In this document: in pieces, positions 14,787 through 27,144 of the stretch
Layout of the letters: the number at the start of each line of letters is the position of its first letter
How positions within the stretch are numbered: the stretch's first letter is position 1
Assembly (NCBI RefSeq): GCF_009914755.1
Contig: NC_060926.1
Source: the human T2T-CHM13v2.0 reference genome, Homo sapiens
DNA length: 64,000 nt
Reading direction: 5' to 3' (one strand)
Position numbers and translations under genes: made by a program
The notes under the pieces: generated by a model
The model's input: only the letters and a program-made list of their open reading frames with translations
Told to the model about the DNA's origin: nothing
Database searches by the model: none

Positions 14787-14925
14787 GTAATGCACAGGTG
14801 ACACAAACAAAGTTTCTCCCCAATGCTCCGAAAGCTCTCATTGTTGAACCTTCCCGGGAGTTAGCTGAACAAACTTTGAATAACATCAAGCAGTTTAAGA
14901 AATACATTGATAATCCTAAATTAAG
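14787..14925 (+). CDS. DDX1: DDX1 exon 13 ([10 protein letters not shown]...[13 protein letters not shown]...NPKL), motif Ia
   Basis: cctaag/gtaaat; PSRELA motif Ia. Confidence 0.97.
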
Positions 14926-15197
14926 GTAAATCTTCCTTTTGTGCTGAAATGCTTATTGTCTTTTGGTTTGAAGTTTTTTGGAAGAAGAATAAGGTAGAGA
15001 AAAATGAAGTAGAAATTCAGTGTGTATACATAATACACGTGTGTGAGTATGTAAATATACTTTAATAATTTCCATATACAACTCCTGTTTGTTTGCTAAA
15101 TGGTAAGTATGATTTTTTTAAAATTGAGATTTTTTTTTCCTGTGTCTCTTACATGAAAAGTCATGGTTAGTCAAACAGCATTGGAGTAAAAATCTAA

Positions 15198-15465
15198 TTT
15201 TTGGTTTTTTTTCTGAGACCGGGATCTCAATCTGTCGCCCAGGCTGGAGTGTAGTGATATGATTGTAGCTCACTGCAACCTTGACCTCCTGGACTCAAGC
15301 AGTCCTCCCACTTGAGTAGTTGGGACTGCAGGCACATGCCACCTTAGTAGAGATAGGGTTTTACTATGTTGCTTAGGCTAGTCTCAAACTCCTGGGTGCA
15401 AATGATCCTCCTGCTTCAGCCTCCCAGAGTGCTGGAATTACAGGCATGAGCCACTGTGCCTGGCC
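15198..15465 (-). mobile_element. AluJ-like element with internal deletions
   Basis: Alu consensus; linker partly deleted. Confidence 0.88.
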
Positions 15466-15857
15466 CTAACAATTTTTTGAAGAGAGCATTTCATTCACTG
15501 TTAAATTTATTTCTTCCCTAAATCTCTATAGAAAATGTGCCACTCTATTTCTAGCATGTTAGTAAACTTGGCGAGGTTTATTCTAGACTGCATCACGGTG
15601 GTGGCTTTCTTCCATTTGGACATTCAGATTGGTCACTGTCTAGTTATAAGACTCTTTCCACCATTGGAAGGATACCATAAATTAAAGTGACCTTGCTCAG
15701 TAGCAATCCCTTTGACTTTGAAGAAGGCTATACCATATAAGTAATACACTCTGTTAGTCAATTTGACACTTGATTTTTGTTAATTTTGTCTTTAATTACT
15801 TTTTAAACTTGAAACATTCACACACCATAAAACTCATTATTTGAAAGTGCACAATTC

Positions 15858-16154
15858 AGCCAGGTGTGGTGACTCACGCCTGTATTCCCAGTACTTTGGG
15901 GGGCCGAGGCGGGCGGTCACCTGAGGTCAGGAGTTCAAGACCAGCCCAGCCAACACGGTGAAACCCCATCTCTACTAAAATACAAAAATTAGCTGGGCTT
16001 CGTGGCAGAGGCCTGTAATCCCAGCTACTCGGGAGGCCAAGGCATGAGAATTGCTTGAACCCAGGAGGTGGAGGTTGCATTGAGGCCAAGATTGCGCCAT
16101 TGCACTCCAGCCTGGGCAACAGAGTAAGACTCCGTCTCAAAAAAAAAAAAAAAA
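15858..16154 (+). mobile_element. AluS-type element inserted in an old L1 fragment
   Basis: Full dimer with polyA. Confidence 0.93.
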
Positions 16155-16262
16155 GCAAGTGTTTCTTGGTTCATTGGTTTTTAGTATATTCACAAGGTGT
16201 GTAACTGTCACCACTATCAAATTTCAGAAGCTTTGAATATTTTGACATCACAAAAGCCTGTG

Positions 16263-16458
16263 TTTTTTTTTTAGGTTTTGTTTTTTTTTTTTTTTTTTTA
16301 TGAAGTCTCGCTATGTTGCCCAGGCTGAAGTAAGTGGCTGTTCACAGGTTCAGTCTTCCTACCCTGTAGCCTTGAACTCCTAGACTCAAGGAATTCTCTC
16401 TCTTGCCTCAGCCTCCCGAGTAGCTGAGAATACAGGCACATGCCACTGTGCCAGGCAG
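16263..16458 (-). mobile_element. FAM-like fossil Alu monomer
   Basis: Retains the 7SL-derived gtggctgttcacagg segment absent from dimeric Alu. Confidence 0.7.
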
Positions 16459-17545
16459 GCCTGTCTTTTTAATATTGATCTTATTTACAGGTTGAACAAA
16501 CTTATTTAGGGATAAATTATGTAAAATAATTACTAATTTTGTTTTGAAGATTGATGCATGTTCCTTATTCAGCAAATGTTCATCTACCGGATTCCATATG
16601 TGAAGTTTTAGGCTGGGAGCCAGGGCTTCAACAATGAAAATTAATCTTCCTTTCACAGAATTAAGTGTGAAAGTGTGGGGATAGTGTGGAGGGGAGAGAA
16701 ACAAAACAAATACAATAAATGCCTTGAGCATACCATGTAACCAGGGCATCTGCTTAGTGTAAGAAACTCAGGGACGTCTTTATAAAAGGATTTGGGAAGA
16801 ATGTAAAATGCTAGTGTGAATTGATTTTTGTGCTGTGATTATGTATAAAAATGAACATGATTATAGACAAAAGTTAGAGGGGAAGATGAATAATAAAATC
16901 AATTTATTGGTTAAGATGGTAAAGTCATGGGCCACTTGTTTGGTATTCGGTACAAATGGACATTTTCTTTCTTAAAACCCAGCTGAAGTCATGATCTTTG
17001 AATGAAGCTAAGCTGGCTGTCCCAGCCCAGCCATCTGCCCCTCCTCTGATACACTGACTGTACATGCCTTTCCCTGATCCTTACATACTGTCATGTGTTA
17101 CTTTTCCTTACTTTTTAATTTTCTTAATTTTTATTTCCTTTTTAGAGCTACACTTGCTTTAAGTTTCTTGCTTTGAATATGCAAAGCTTTTCTCTAACTC
17201 AGTTTTACATTCCTTAGTGCAGGGGTGGTTCTTTTATATTCTTCAACCCTACAGTGCTTTGCGTATAAGCATCAATTATCATGTGTATGTGTGTTTACCT
17301 TCTGCCAAGTTTATAGGGATAAATATATCTGATTATAAATGTGGATAAAAGTAAAAGTATTGTTGGAAAAAAAATGATAGTTTAGGACAATAGTCCAAAC
17401 CTAGGAACTTGAGGACCTCATTTAAAAATATAAAATGTATTGGTTCCCTCCCCTGGATATACTGAATCAGAATTTCCAGAGAATAGGAATTAGAATCTTT
17501 TTTTATTTGTTTGTTTTTTAAGAAAAGCAGCTCCTCCAGGTGATT

Positions 17546-17846
17546 CTTTTTGGTTTTGGTTTTATTTTTGAGATGAGGTCTCACTCTGTCACCTAGGCTG
17601 GAGTACAGTGGTGCCTCATAGCTCACTGCAGTCTCAAACTCTAGGGCTCAAGCAATCCTCCCACCTAAGCCTCCAGAGTAGCTGGGACTGCAAGCAAGTG
17701 CCACAGTGCTTGGCTAATTTTATTTTTTGTGGAGACATGGTCTTGCTATGTTGTGCAGGCTGGTCTCGAACTCCTGGCCTCAAGCAATCCTTGTGTCTCC
17801 GCCTCCGAAAGTGCTGGATTATAGGTGTGAGCTACTGCATCTGGCC
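17546..17846 (-). mobile_element. AluJ-like element
   Basis: Diverged dimer. Confidence 0.9.
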
Positions 17847-18480
17847 TTTACTCTCCTGATACTGTCCTTTGGAAGTCTTAATTTTGATGAAATCCAATTT
17901 ATCTGTTTTTCTCTTTTGTCATGGTGTTTTGATGCTGTAGTTAAGATAGACTATGCCTAACCCAAGGTCATGAAAATTTTATTTGTGTTGTCTTCTGAGT
18001 TTTATGTTTAGGTTCTACATTTAGGTCTGTGATACATTTAGAGTTAATTTCTGTGTATGGCATGAGAAAGGGTTTTAACTTCAGTCTTTTGCATGTGCAT
18101 ATCCATGTGTCCCAGTGCCAGTTGGCCAGTCGTTGAAATGAGAAACATTCAAACACAAAAGGGTACTGTGAAAAGTGAGTCTTCTTTCACTCCTTTCCCC
18201 AATTTCTAGTTATCCTTTCTGGAGGCAACGTTTTAAATTGATTTTTGTATATTCCTTCAGGGCATTTTATATACATACAAGTATATATGTCTGAAAACAT
18301 AGATTGAAACCAGGTTTTAAAGAACCTTGAATTATCCTAATGTGGAAGAATATGTAGATGAGAATAATTTTTTCCATGTTACAAGCTCACGCATTCTCTT
18401 TCGTGACTTTACCGCACTTCAGCAATAGATACAGCTACGGATTTAACTGCTTTGTTTCCCACCTTCCCCAGACTTGTTTT

Positions 18481-20663
18481 TTTTTATTTTTTATTTTTTA
18501 ATTTATTTATTTTTTATTGATCATTCTTGGGTGTTTCTCACAGAGGGGGATTTGGCAGGGTCACAGGACAATAGTGGAGGGAAGGTCAGCAGATAAACAA
18601 GTGAACAAAGGTCTCTGGTTTTCCTAGGCAGAGGACCCTGCGGCCTTCCGCAGTGTTTGTGTCCCTGGGTACTTGAGATTAGGGAGTGGTGATGACTCTT
18701 AACGAGCATGCTGCCTTCAAGCATCTGTTTAACAAAGCACATCTTGCACCGCCCTTAATCCATTTAACCCTGAGTGGACACAGCACATGTTTCAGAGGGC
18801 ACAGGGTTGGGGGTAAGGTCACAGATCAACAGGATCCCAAGGCAGAAGAATTTTTCTTAGTACAGAACAAAATGAAAAGTCTCCCATGTCTACCTCCTAC
18901 TACACAAACACGGCAACCATCCAATTTCCCACTCTTTTCCCCCACCTCTCCCCACTTTCTACTCCACAAAACCGCCATTGTCATCATGGCCCGTTCTCAA
19001 TGAGCTGCCGGGCACACCTCCCAGACGGGGTGGTGGCCGGGCAGAGGGGCTCCTCACCTCCCAGTAGGGGCGGCCGGGCAGAGGCGCCCCCCACCTCCCG
19101 GACGGGGCGGCTGGCCGGGCAGGGGGCTGACCCCCCTACCTCCCTCCCGGACGGGGCGGCTGGCCGGGCGGGGGGCTGACCCCCCGACCTCCCTCCCGGA
19201 CGGGGCGGCTGGCCGGGCAGGGGGCTGACCCCCCTACCTCCCTCCCGGACGGGGCGGCTGGCCGGGCGGGGGGCTGACCCCCCCACCTCCCTCCCGGACG
19301 GGGCGGCTGGCCGGGCAGAGGGGCTCCTCACTTCCCAGTAGGGGCGGCTGGGCAGAGGCGCCCCTCACCTCCCGGATGGGGCGGCTGGCCGGGCGGGGAG
19401 CTGACCCCCCCACCTCCCTCCCGGATGGGGCGGCTGGCCGGGCGGGGGGCTGACCCCCCCACCTCCCTCCCGGACGGGGCGGCTGGCCGGATGGGGGGCT
19501 GACCCCCCCACCTTCCTCCCGGACGAGGTGGCTGGCCGGGCGGGGGGCTGACCCCACCACCTCCCTCCCGGACGGGGCGGCTGGCCGGGCAGAGGGGCTC
19601 CTCACTTCCCAGTAGGGGCGGCTGGGTAGAGGCTCCCCTCTCCTCCCGGAGGGGGCGGCTGGCCTGGCGGGGGGCTGACCCCCCCACCTCCCTCCCGGAC
19701 GGGGCGGCTGGCCGGGCGGGGGGCTGACCCCCCCCACCTCCCTCCTGGACGGGGCGGCTGGCCTGGCGGTGGGTGACCCCCACCTCCTTCCTGGACGGGG
19801 TGGCTGCCGGGCTGTGACGCTCCTCACTTCTCAGACGGGGCGGCCGGGCAGAGACGCTCCTCACCTCCCAGACGGGGTCGCGGCCGGGTAGAGGCGCTCC
19901 TCACATCCCAGACGGGGCGGCGGGGCAGAGGCGCCCCCCACATCTCAGACAATGGGCAGCTGGGCAGAGACGCTCCTCACTTCCTAGATGGGATGGCGGC
20001 CGGGAAGAGGCGCTCCTCACTTCCTAGATGGGATGGTGGCCGGGAAGAGGTGCTCCTCACTTCCTAGATGGGATGGCGGCCGGGCAGAGACGCTCCTCAC
20101 TTTCCAGACTGGGCAGCCAGGCAGAGGGGCTCTTCACGTCCCAGATGATGGGCGGCCAGGCAGAGACGCTCCTCACTTCCCAGACGGGGTGGCGGCCGGG
20201 CAGAGGCTGCAATCTCGGCACTTTGGGAGGACAAGGCAGGCGGCTGGGAGGTGGAGGTTGTAGCGAGCCGAGATCACGCCACTGCACTCCAGCCTGGGCA
20301 ACATTGAGCACTGAGTGAGGGAGACTCCGTGTGCAATCCCGGCACCTCGGGAGGCCGAGGCTGGCGGATCACTCGCGGTTAGGAGCTGGAGACCAGCCCG
20401 GCCAACACAGCGAAACCCCGTCTCCACCAAAAAAATACGAAAACCAGTCAGGCGTGGTGGCGCGTGCCTGCAATCGCAGGCACTCGGCAAGCTGAGGCAG
20501 GAGAATCAGGCAGGGAGGTTGCAGTGAGCCGAGATGGCAGCAGTACAGTCCAGCTTCGGCTCGGTATCAGAGGGAGACCGTGGAAAGAGAGGGAGAGGGA
20601 GACCGTGGGGAGAGGGAGAGGGGGAGGGGGAGGGAGAGGGCAGCGTGTAACCTTTGTAACTTC
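18481..20663 (-). mobile_element. Full-length SVA retrotransposon (SVA_D-like), antisense in DDX1 intron 13
   Basis: On the minus strand: CCCTCT hexamers (about 20569-20640), Alu-like region (about 20200-20570), GC-rich VNTR (about 19015-20200), SINE-R, AATAAA (18513-18518) and polyA; 15-bp TSD CCCCAGACTTGTTTT at 18466-18480 and 20664-20678; TTTT/AT endonuclease-type site. Confidence 0.97.
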
Positions 20664-20810
20664 CCCCAGACTTGTTTTATTGTAGGCTTTTTTCCTCAAT
20701 TACTTTCTCAACCTTAATTTCCACCTAAAATAAATGGATGCAGATCAAACAATGTAAAGCAGACTTTAATTTTTTTTTTTTTTATATTATCATCTTGATA
20801 TTTATTTCAG

Positions 20811-20871
20811 GGAGCTTCTGATAATTGGAGGTGTTGCAGCCCGGGATCAGCTCTCTGTTTTGGAAAATGGA
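20811..20871 (+). CDS. DDX1: DDX1 exon 14 ([21 protein letters not shown])
   Basis: tttcag/gtaagt; GG doublet. Confidence 0.97.
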
Positions 20872-21420
20872 GTAAGTTGTAGTTTTAATTTTTAAAACAT
20901 AATGTCATGGGCTGTCGTTTTAGCAATACAGCTCTGTTTTGTTTGAAGAAAATTTAAGTGAGGCTGAAATTAGAGCAAGGTCAGAGGAGTATGTTTGTTC
21001 AAAGACATCTTGCAAGTGCGCCTTTTCTTCTCCTGGAAGTATACAAAGTCTCTCCCAGACCTCTCAGGCAAAATTCCAGCATACATGATTTTTTGTTGTT
21101 TACCCTCTGAACATTTGAGAATTTCCTTCTGGCCTTCATGGGTAAAGAGTCATTCTTTTTGGGGAGATAAGTGAAAAAGAAGAAACTGGAGTTAAGAACA
21201 AAAGTAGAGGTAAAATAGATTGCAGAGAAGGATAGAAGTTCCTGCAGTGACTCTTGGGAAGGATGAATAATGATAAGACAGTGAGTAATAGTTCCAGTGA
21301 GGAGAGACATGAGTTCAATTATGTGTAAGGGGAAGTCGCAAAGGCTGTGCTCAGCCATGCCATTACGAAGGACAAAGCTAAGAGGATCTGATCTCCACTA
21401 TTGGAGAAGAAGTTTAGGAA

Positions 21421-21758
<338 letters not shown>

Positions 21759-22040
21759 TGAAATATTTTTCGTGTGTGAAATAACTTACAGCTTATAAAT
21801 TTCTCTTGTATTTCCTTTCCTAAATATTTAATCATTAAAGCTAAACCATCCGATATTGAGTCATGACAAGCAATTGTGTCCTTTCTCCAATTCCATTGGT
21901 GCTCTTGTCAAACTAAATTTTGTGCCACACAGACTTTACATTTGACCTGGTATGCCATATTAAGAGCAAGGAATCATATTACCATACTTGTTAATACTAT
22001 TCTAAGATGAGTAATATTGCTTTGATATGTTTTTATTTAG

Positions 22041-22384
22041 TGCTATGGTTTTAATGTCCCCACCAAAACTCATGTTGAAATTTAATTGCCCATATAATGG
22101 TATTGGAAGGCGGGGGCTTTTAACAGATGATTAGATCGCGAGGGCTTTGTCCTCATGAATGGGTTAATGCCTTTGCTGTAGGAGCGGGTTAGTTATTGCA
22201 GGAGTTTCGGCCCGTTTTCCTCTCTTTGTTGCTCCTTTCTGCCATGAGATGACCCTCACTAGTTGCTGCTGGCACTATGCTCTTGAACTTCCCCAAACCT
22301 CCAGAAATGTGACAAATATTCTTTTCTTTATAAATTATCTACTTTGTGATATTCTGTTAAAACAGCAGAAAATGAGCTGAAACA
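22041..22384 (+). mobile_element. MST-family MaLR solo LTR
   Basis: TGCTATGGTTT...AACA termini; 5-bp TSD TTTAG. Confidence 0.85.
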
Positions 22385-23422
22385 TTTAGTGTGTTTTATT
22401 TTATTTTAGTGGTTGTAAGAGAGATTTAATAAGTTTATTCCCAATCTTGCTTCCTCAAACCCATTTTTCCCATAAGATAATATGTTTCTCAATTCCTATT
22501 TTCCTAAAGCTTATAGAGCTTTTAGGGAATTAAATCTGCTTTCATCAGGATGTCTCAAAATTTGGTACTAACTTGAAGCAATTGGAAAGGTAGTGTTATA
22601 CCAGAGCATTCTTTGCAGAATTCAATTCTACTCTACTTCTTAGGGGATCTAATATGATCTTTATCTGTTCTTCTCTCTGTCTTACATTCTCTGCTTCTGT
22701 TATCTTCCACCACACTCTGGTTCAGCCTTAGCCCTGTGTTGGGTCTTATGCTGGGGCAGAAGTCAGCTTGGCAATGAGAGTAGAAGAATTTTAGTTTTCT
22801 AATCTTTTAGTCTTACGGTATTATGCAACATGTGCCACTGAGGTCATATAAATAAAGATGTCTCACAGGCTTTTCTGATCTAACTGACTTAAAAAAACAA
22901 AACAAAACCCTGAGAGGCCTTGTGTCTGTCTTCATGCCCACTTTACCTGCTGAAATTCGGAAGGAGGAAACTCACGTGGTTAGAATACTGTACTAAACTG
23001 ATGTCATAGAACCAGATGGTATTTTGTTCACTGCTGTGTACAGCACCTGTCTCAGTGTTTGGCACATAGTAGATTCTTAATACATTGGACAGATTTTATC
23101 TTCACATTTTCAGACAATATTTTCTAGGTTGAACTTGCTTGTAATTATCAGTGCAGATGAAACAATAGCTTCAGAAATGTCTGCTTTATTTTTCATGGGA
23201 TAATAAGTGCCTCATATTGGATCAAGTTAAAAGTTCTGTTTATTCGAGGGGTGAGATATTGAAGTAATGGAACTAGAGGAATAACTTTGCTAATAGAAAA
23301 CTATATTTTTAGTACAGGGTGGAGAAAACAGGTAAAAAAGAATGGAAGTGTTGTTTTTTAATGCCTGCCAATTAAGGAGTAGAGGTTTTGAATTGTCTGA
23401 TTTACTGAATGATCTTATGTAA

Positions 23423-23800
<378 letters not shown>

Positions 23801-24834
23801 CATATACACACTTTAAAAATACCTCATCTTTATTGACTGCTTTCTAGAAATGGGTCAGGCACTGTACTAAAAACATAACATGTTCTTACTCAGTACTTAC
23901 AATAATCCTCTGAGATGGTACTCTTCCCCATTTTTACAGATTAAGAAGAGGGCTTATATCAAATATTAAGTAACTTACCTAAGATCATACAACTCATAGG
24001 TAGAACTTTACTCTGAAACCTGTGTGTCTAATCACCATACCTATGGACTTGACTACAAGATATGTGTGGGAGAATGCAAAATGTTAACTGTTTGTACTGG
24101 CACCGAGGCTCACTGTTCTCTTCTATGTATGTTTGAAAAGTTTTATTTAGTATTCTAAACTTCCGTTTTCTCATTGAATAGGGATGATTATAGTAGTATT
24201 TACCTTAGTGGTAACATGAAATAAAACATGTACTTGTAAAACATTTTGCAGAGTGCCTGTTCATTATAAGTACTTGACAAATAGTAACTATTACTGTTTT
24301 CCTGGACAGTCTGATCACCATTACTATTAACTATAACCAAATTTATTGAGCACCTGGGACACTCTGCGTCTAGTGCTTTACGCATCTTATCTCTTAATTA
24401 TCACAACCATCTTGAAAAAGAGAAGGTATTCCCCCAATTCAAAAATGGGAAAATTGGTACTAGAGGAGATTAAATAAATTAAGGTCACAGAGCAGAGTAG
24501 TGGTGGAACTGGGACTTGAACTCTAGGTTCCGTTGAGTTCCAGTGAATTCATCAGATTTTTGCTTGGAAAATATAAATTTTATGCATTAGAATGTATATC
24601 AGTTAAGGATGTCAAAATCAATTTTGGTCAAAATCTTCACATTAATTTCAAACCAAGTATCAGTTGAACATATGGCATTATCTGTAACTCCTTTTTTTTT
24701 TTTTTATAAATTTAGAGTTGACTGACTACTTCAATATGCATGTTTTTATTAAAAAGACAGTTATTGGTTGCTATTTTAACGTAATTATACTGTTTCTTTA
24801 GTTTTCATTAAGTGGTTGGTTTGCTTTTTTTCAG

Positions 24835-24933
24835 GTAGATATAGTTGTAGGTACTCCGGGAAGACTAGATGACTTGGTGTCAACTGGAAAGCTGAACTTA
24901 TCTCAAGTTAGATTCCTGGTCCTGGATGAAGCT
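24835..24933 (+). CDS. DDX1: DDX1 exon 15 ([11 protein letters not shown]...RFLVLDEA)
   Basis: tttcag/gtatgt; TPGR motif and first three residues of DEAD. Confidence 0.97.
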
Positions 24934-25771
24934 GTATGTTGAAATATAATCATACTTTTTAAAAAGTTTACTTATATTTTTTGAGATAAAATATATAAAA
25001 TGAAGAAGAAATATAATTCAGTCATGATCCTACTACCTAGAGATAATCATTGTTATCAGTTTGGTATATTTTCATATACTTTTTATTTATATATTATTTT
25101 ATGTAGTTGAAATCAAGATATGAGGAATCTGGGAAAAATTTTAAAAATGTAATGTCATAAGTATTTCCTGTAATTGTACATAATTTATAAATGCTGTCTA
25201 GTGGTCTATTATATGGCTACTTCATGGTATATTTAATTACTCTTATTTCTAGGTATGTAGGCAGATTTGATTTTTGCTCCAAATAACCAGCTTTGTTTGT
25301 ACATACATTTTCTACATACTATAAATTTGTTCCTTGTGTCAGAGATACAAAATGTAGACCATCTGGAAGGACATAAATGTGTTTGAGTCTCTTAGACATA
25401 CTTCCAAATCATTTTCAGGTTGGGTTACCTAGTTCCTCAGCACTGAGGGTTTTTAATTTTTTATATGAAAAGTCTGTTGAAGGATATATGTTAGAAGCTG
25501 TTGACTGAAATTTTCATTCTAGATTATTAGATTATGGTTTTGGATTGCTTATTGTCACTTTTTCATATTTTAGTCACAAGGAACTTAAAATTGAATTTAT
25601 AAATTATCTTTATCCAACAAAATAATTTTGAAAATATAGGACTATGTATATGCATGAATTAGTTTCCTTATATTTTGTTTGATTTAGAAAAAAGATTTTT
25701 GATACTGATTAAAACTTACGTTTTTTTCCATACTGATTAAAAACTTAATTTATTCTTTGCTTCTCATGCAG

Positions 25772-25861
25772 GATGGGCTTCTTTCTCAAGGTTATTCTGA
25801 TTTTATAAATAGGATGCACAATCAGATTCCTCAGGTTACCTCTGATGGAAAAAGACTTCAG
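25772..25861 (+). CDS. DDX1: DDX1 exon 16 ([30 protein letters not shown])
   Basis: atgcag/gtataa; supplies the last D of DEAD. Confidence 0.97.
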
Positions 25862-25915
25862 GTATAAAATTTATCAATGCATCTTAAAATGCATGTAAAC
25901 AATTGTTATGTATAA

Positions 25916-27144
25916 TGTTACGGGATCCCAGGGGGTGTTGCTTTTCTGGCTGGAAACCTCTGCGGCTAGTGATGCCCTTGCCCGGGTTTTGCTCAGTTCC
26001 ACCCACTTGGCCTGGCAGGCTGTGCTCAGCTCTCACTACCAGCCTGGACCCCATGCCTCCCAAGGGTGAGCCAGGCGCGGAGTGGTGAGGCGTGTATGAG
26101 CGAACGTGGGGTCTGGCCATGGCACACAGCCAGGCACATTGGCTGCGGCAGGGCGGGTAGCTCCAGGCACTGGCATGGGCACCGGCTCTCTGTGAGGCTG
26201 GTGGCCAGGCCCCGAGGCTTCAGGTCTTCCCCAGTTGAAGGTGGGGCTTCACCGGGGACTAGCCCCCTTCCGCCCAGGAGCCTGTCTGCCTCCTGCTGCT
26301 GTTCATGGTGCCCAGACTGTTCATGCCAAGGGACACGTGCAGGCCAGCACTGGGCCGTCCTCAGCCTGCCTTGGCCCTCCTTCCGTGTTCGCTGGCGCCC
26401 AAAGGCTGGAAGGGGCCAAAGTGGCAGTGGGTTGGTGTATCAATGCTACCTCAAGTGTGCACACCCAGCTGGCCCAAGCTTGAGACAGTGCCCAACCTCG
26501 GCCTTAACTTTGTTCTGTGATCAGAGTGGGTGTTGACAGCAGGGAGAGGCCAGGCAGTGGAAGCAGACATCTCCGAACCTGTGGGGGCAAGGGAGGGCCT
26601 TTTAGGGCCCCCCGAGTGCAGAGATGTCTGGGTCCGCAGCCATAACTTGGGCAGCTGCAGCCATGCCTGGGATGGTGGAGCTCCTGCCTGCCCTGGCTCC
26701 CACCACCACCCTGGGCCCAGCTCCATCTCAGGGCTCCTCTCTCTCTGCCCCTCTGTGCCCAACCTCACTGCTCCCCCTCTGGCAGGCGACTCGGCCCAGC
26801 CCCATTGAGGTGGCTCCCAGGGCAGTGGGCTCCAGGGTCCTCCCAGGGGTGGACTCTAGAGACTGTCCGCCTCCTCTCTGTGCCCTCCCCGCAGCAGTGG
26901 CGGGCAAGAGCGGCAACACGGGGCCAGGGTCCAGAGTGGTGGAGACTCTGGGCCTGGGAGCGGGTCCTGCCCAGCTTCGCGAAGGTTGGGGTGGCCCAGT
27001 CAGCTGCCTTGGGGATGCGGGGCACAGGGAACCCACCACCACCACTGCAGCTCCTGCAGCCTCTCTTGCTGCCGCTGCTCATGTCTCCCCGCTGCAGCCA
27101 GCTTGATGGCAGCAGCTGCTCCTGACGGCCTGTTGCTGCCATCA
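25916..27144 (-). mobile_element. MER52-family ERV1 solo LTR in intron 16
   Basis: GC-rich 1229-bp block with TG...CA ends; minus strand begins TGATGGCAGC and ends GGATCCCGTAACA as recalled for MER52. Confidence 0.8.

Noticed and set aside
18984-20200. Regular GC-rich repeats superficially like a CRISPR array or CpG-island promoter
   Set aside because: Tandem SVA VNTR units with no unique spacers, in a eukaryotic context
18521-20699. Many overlapping Pro/Gly/Arg-rich ORFs
   Set aside because: Translations of the SVA VNTR and Alu-like region; SVA is non-coding
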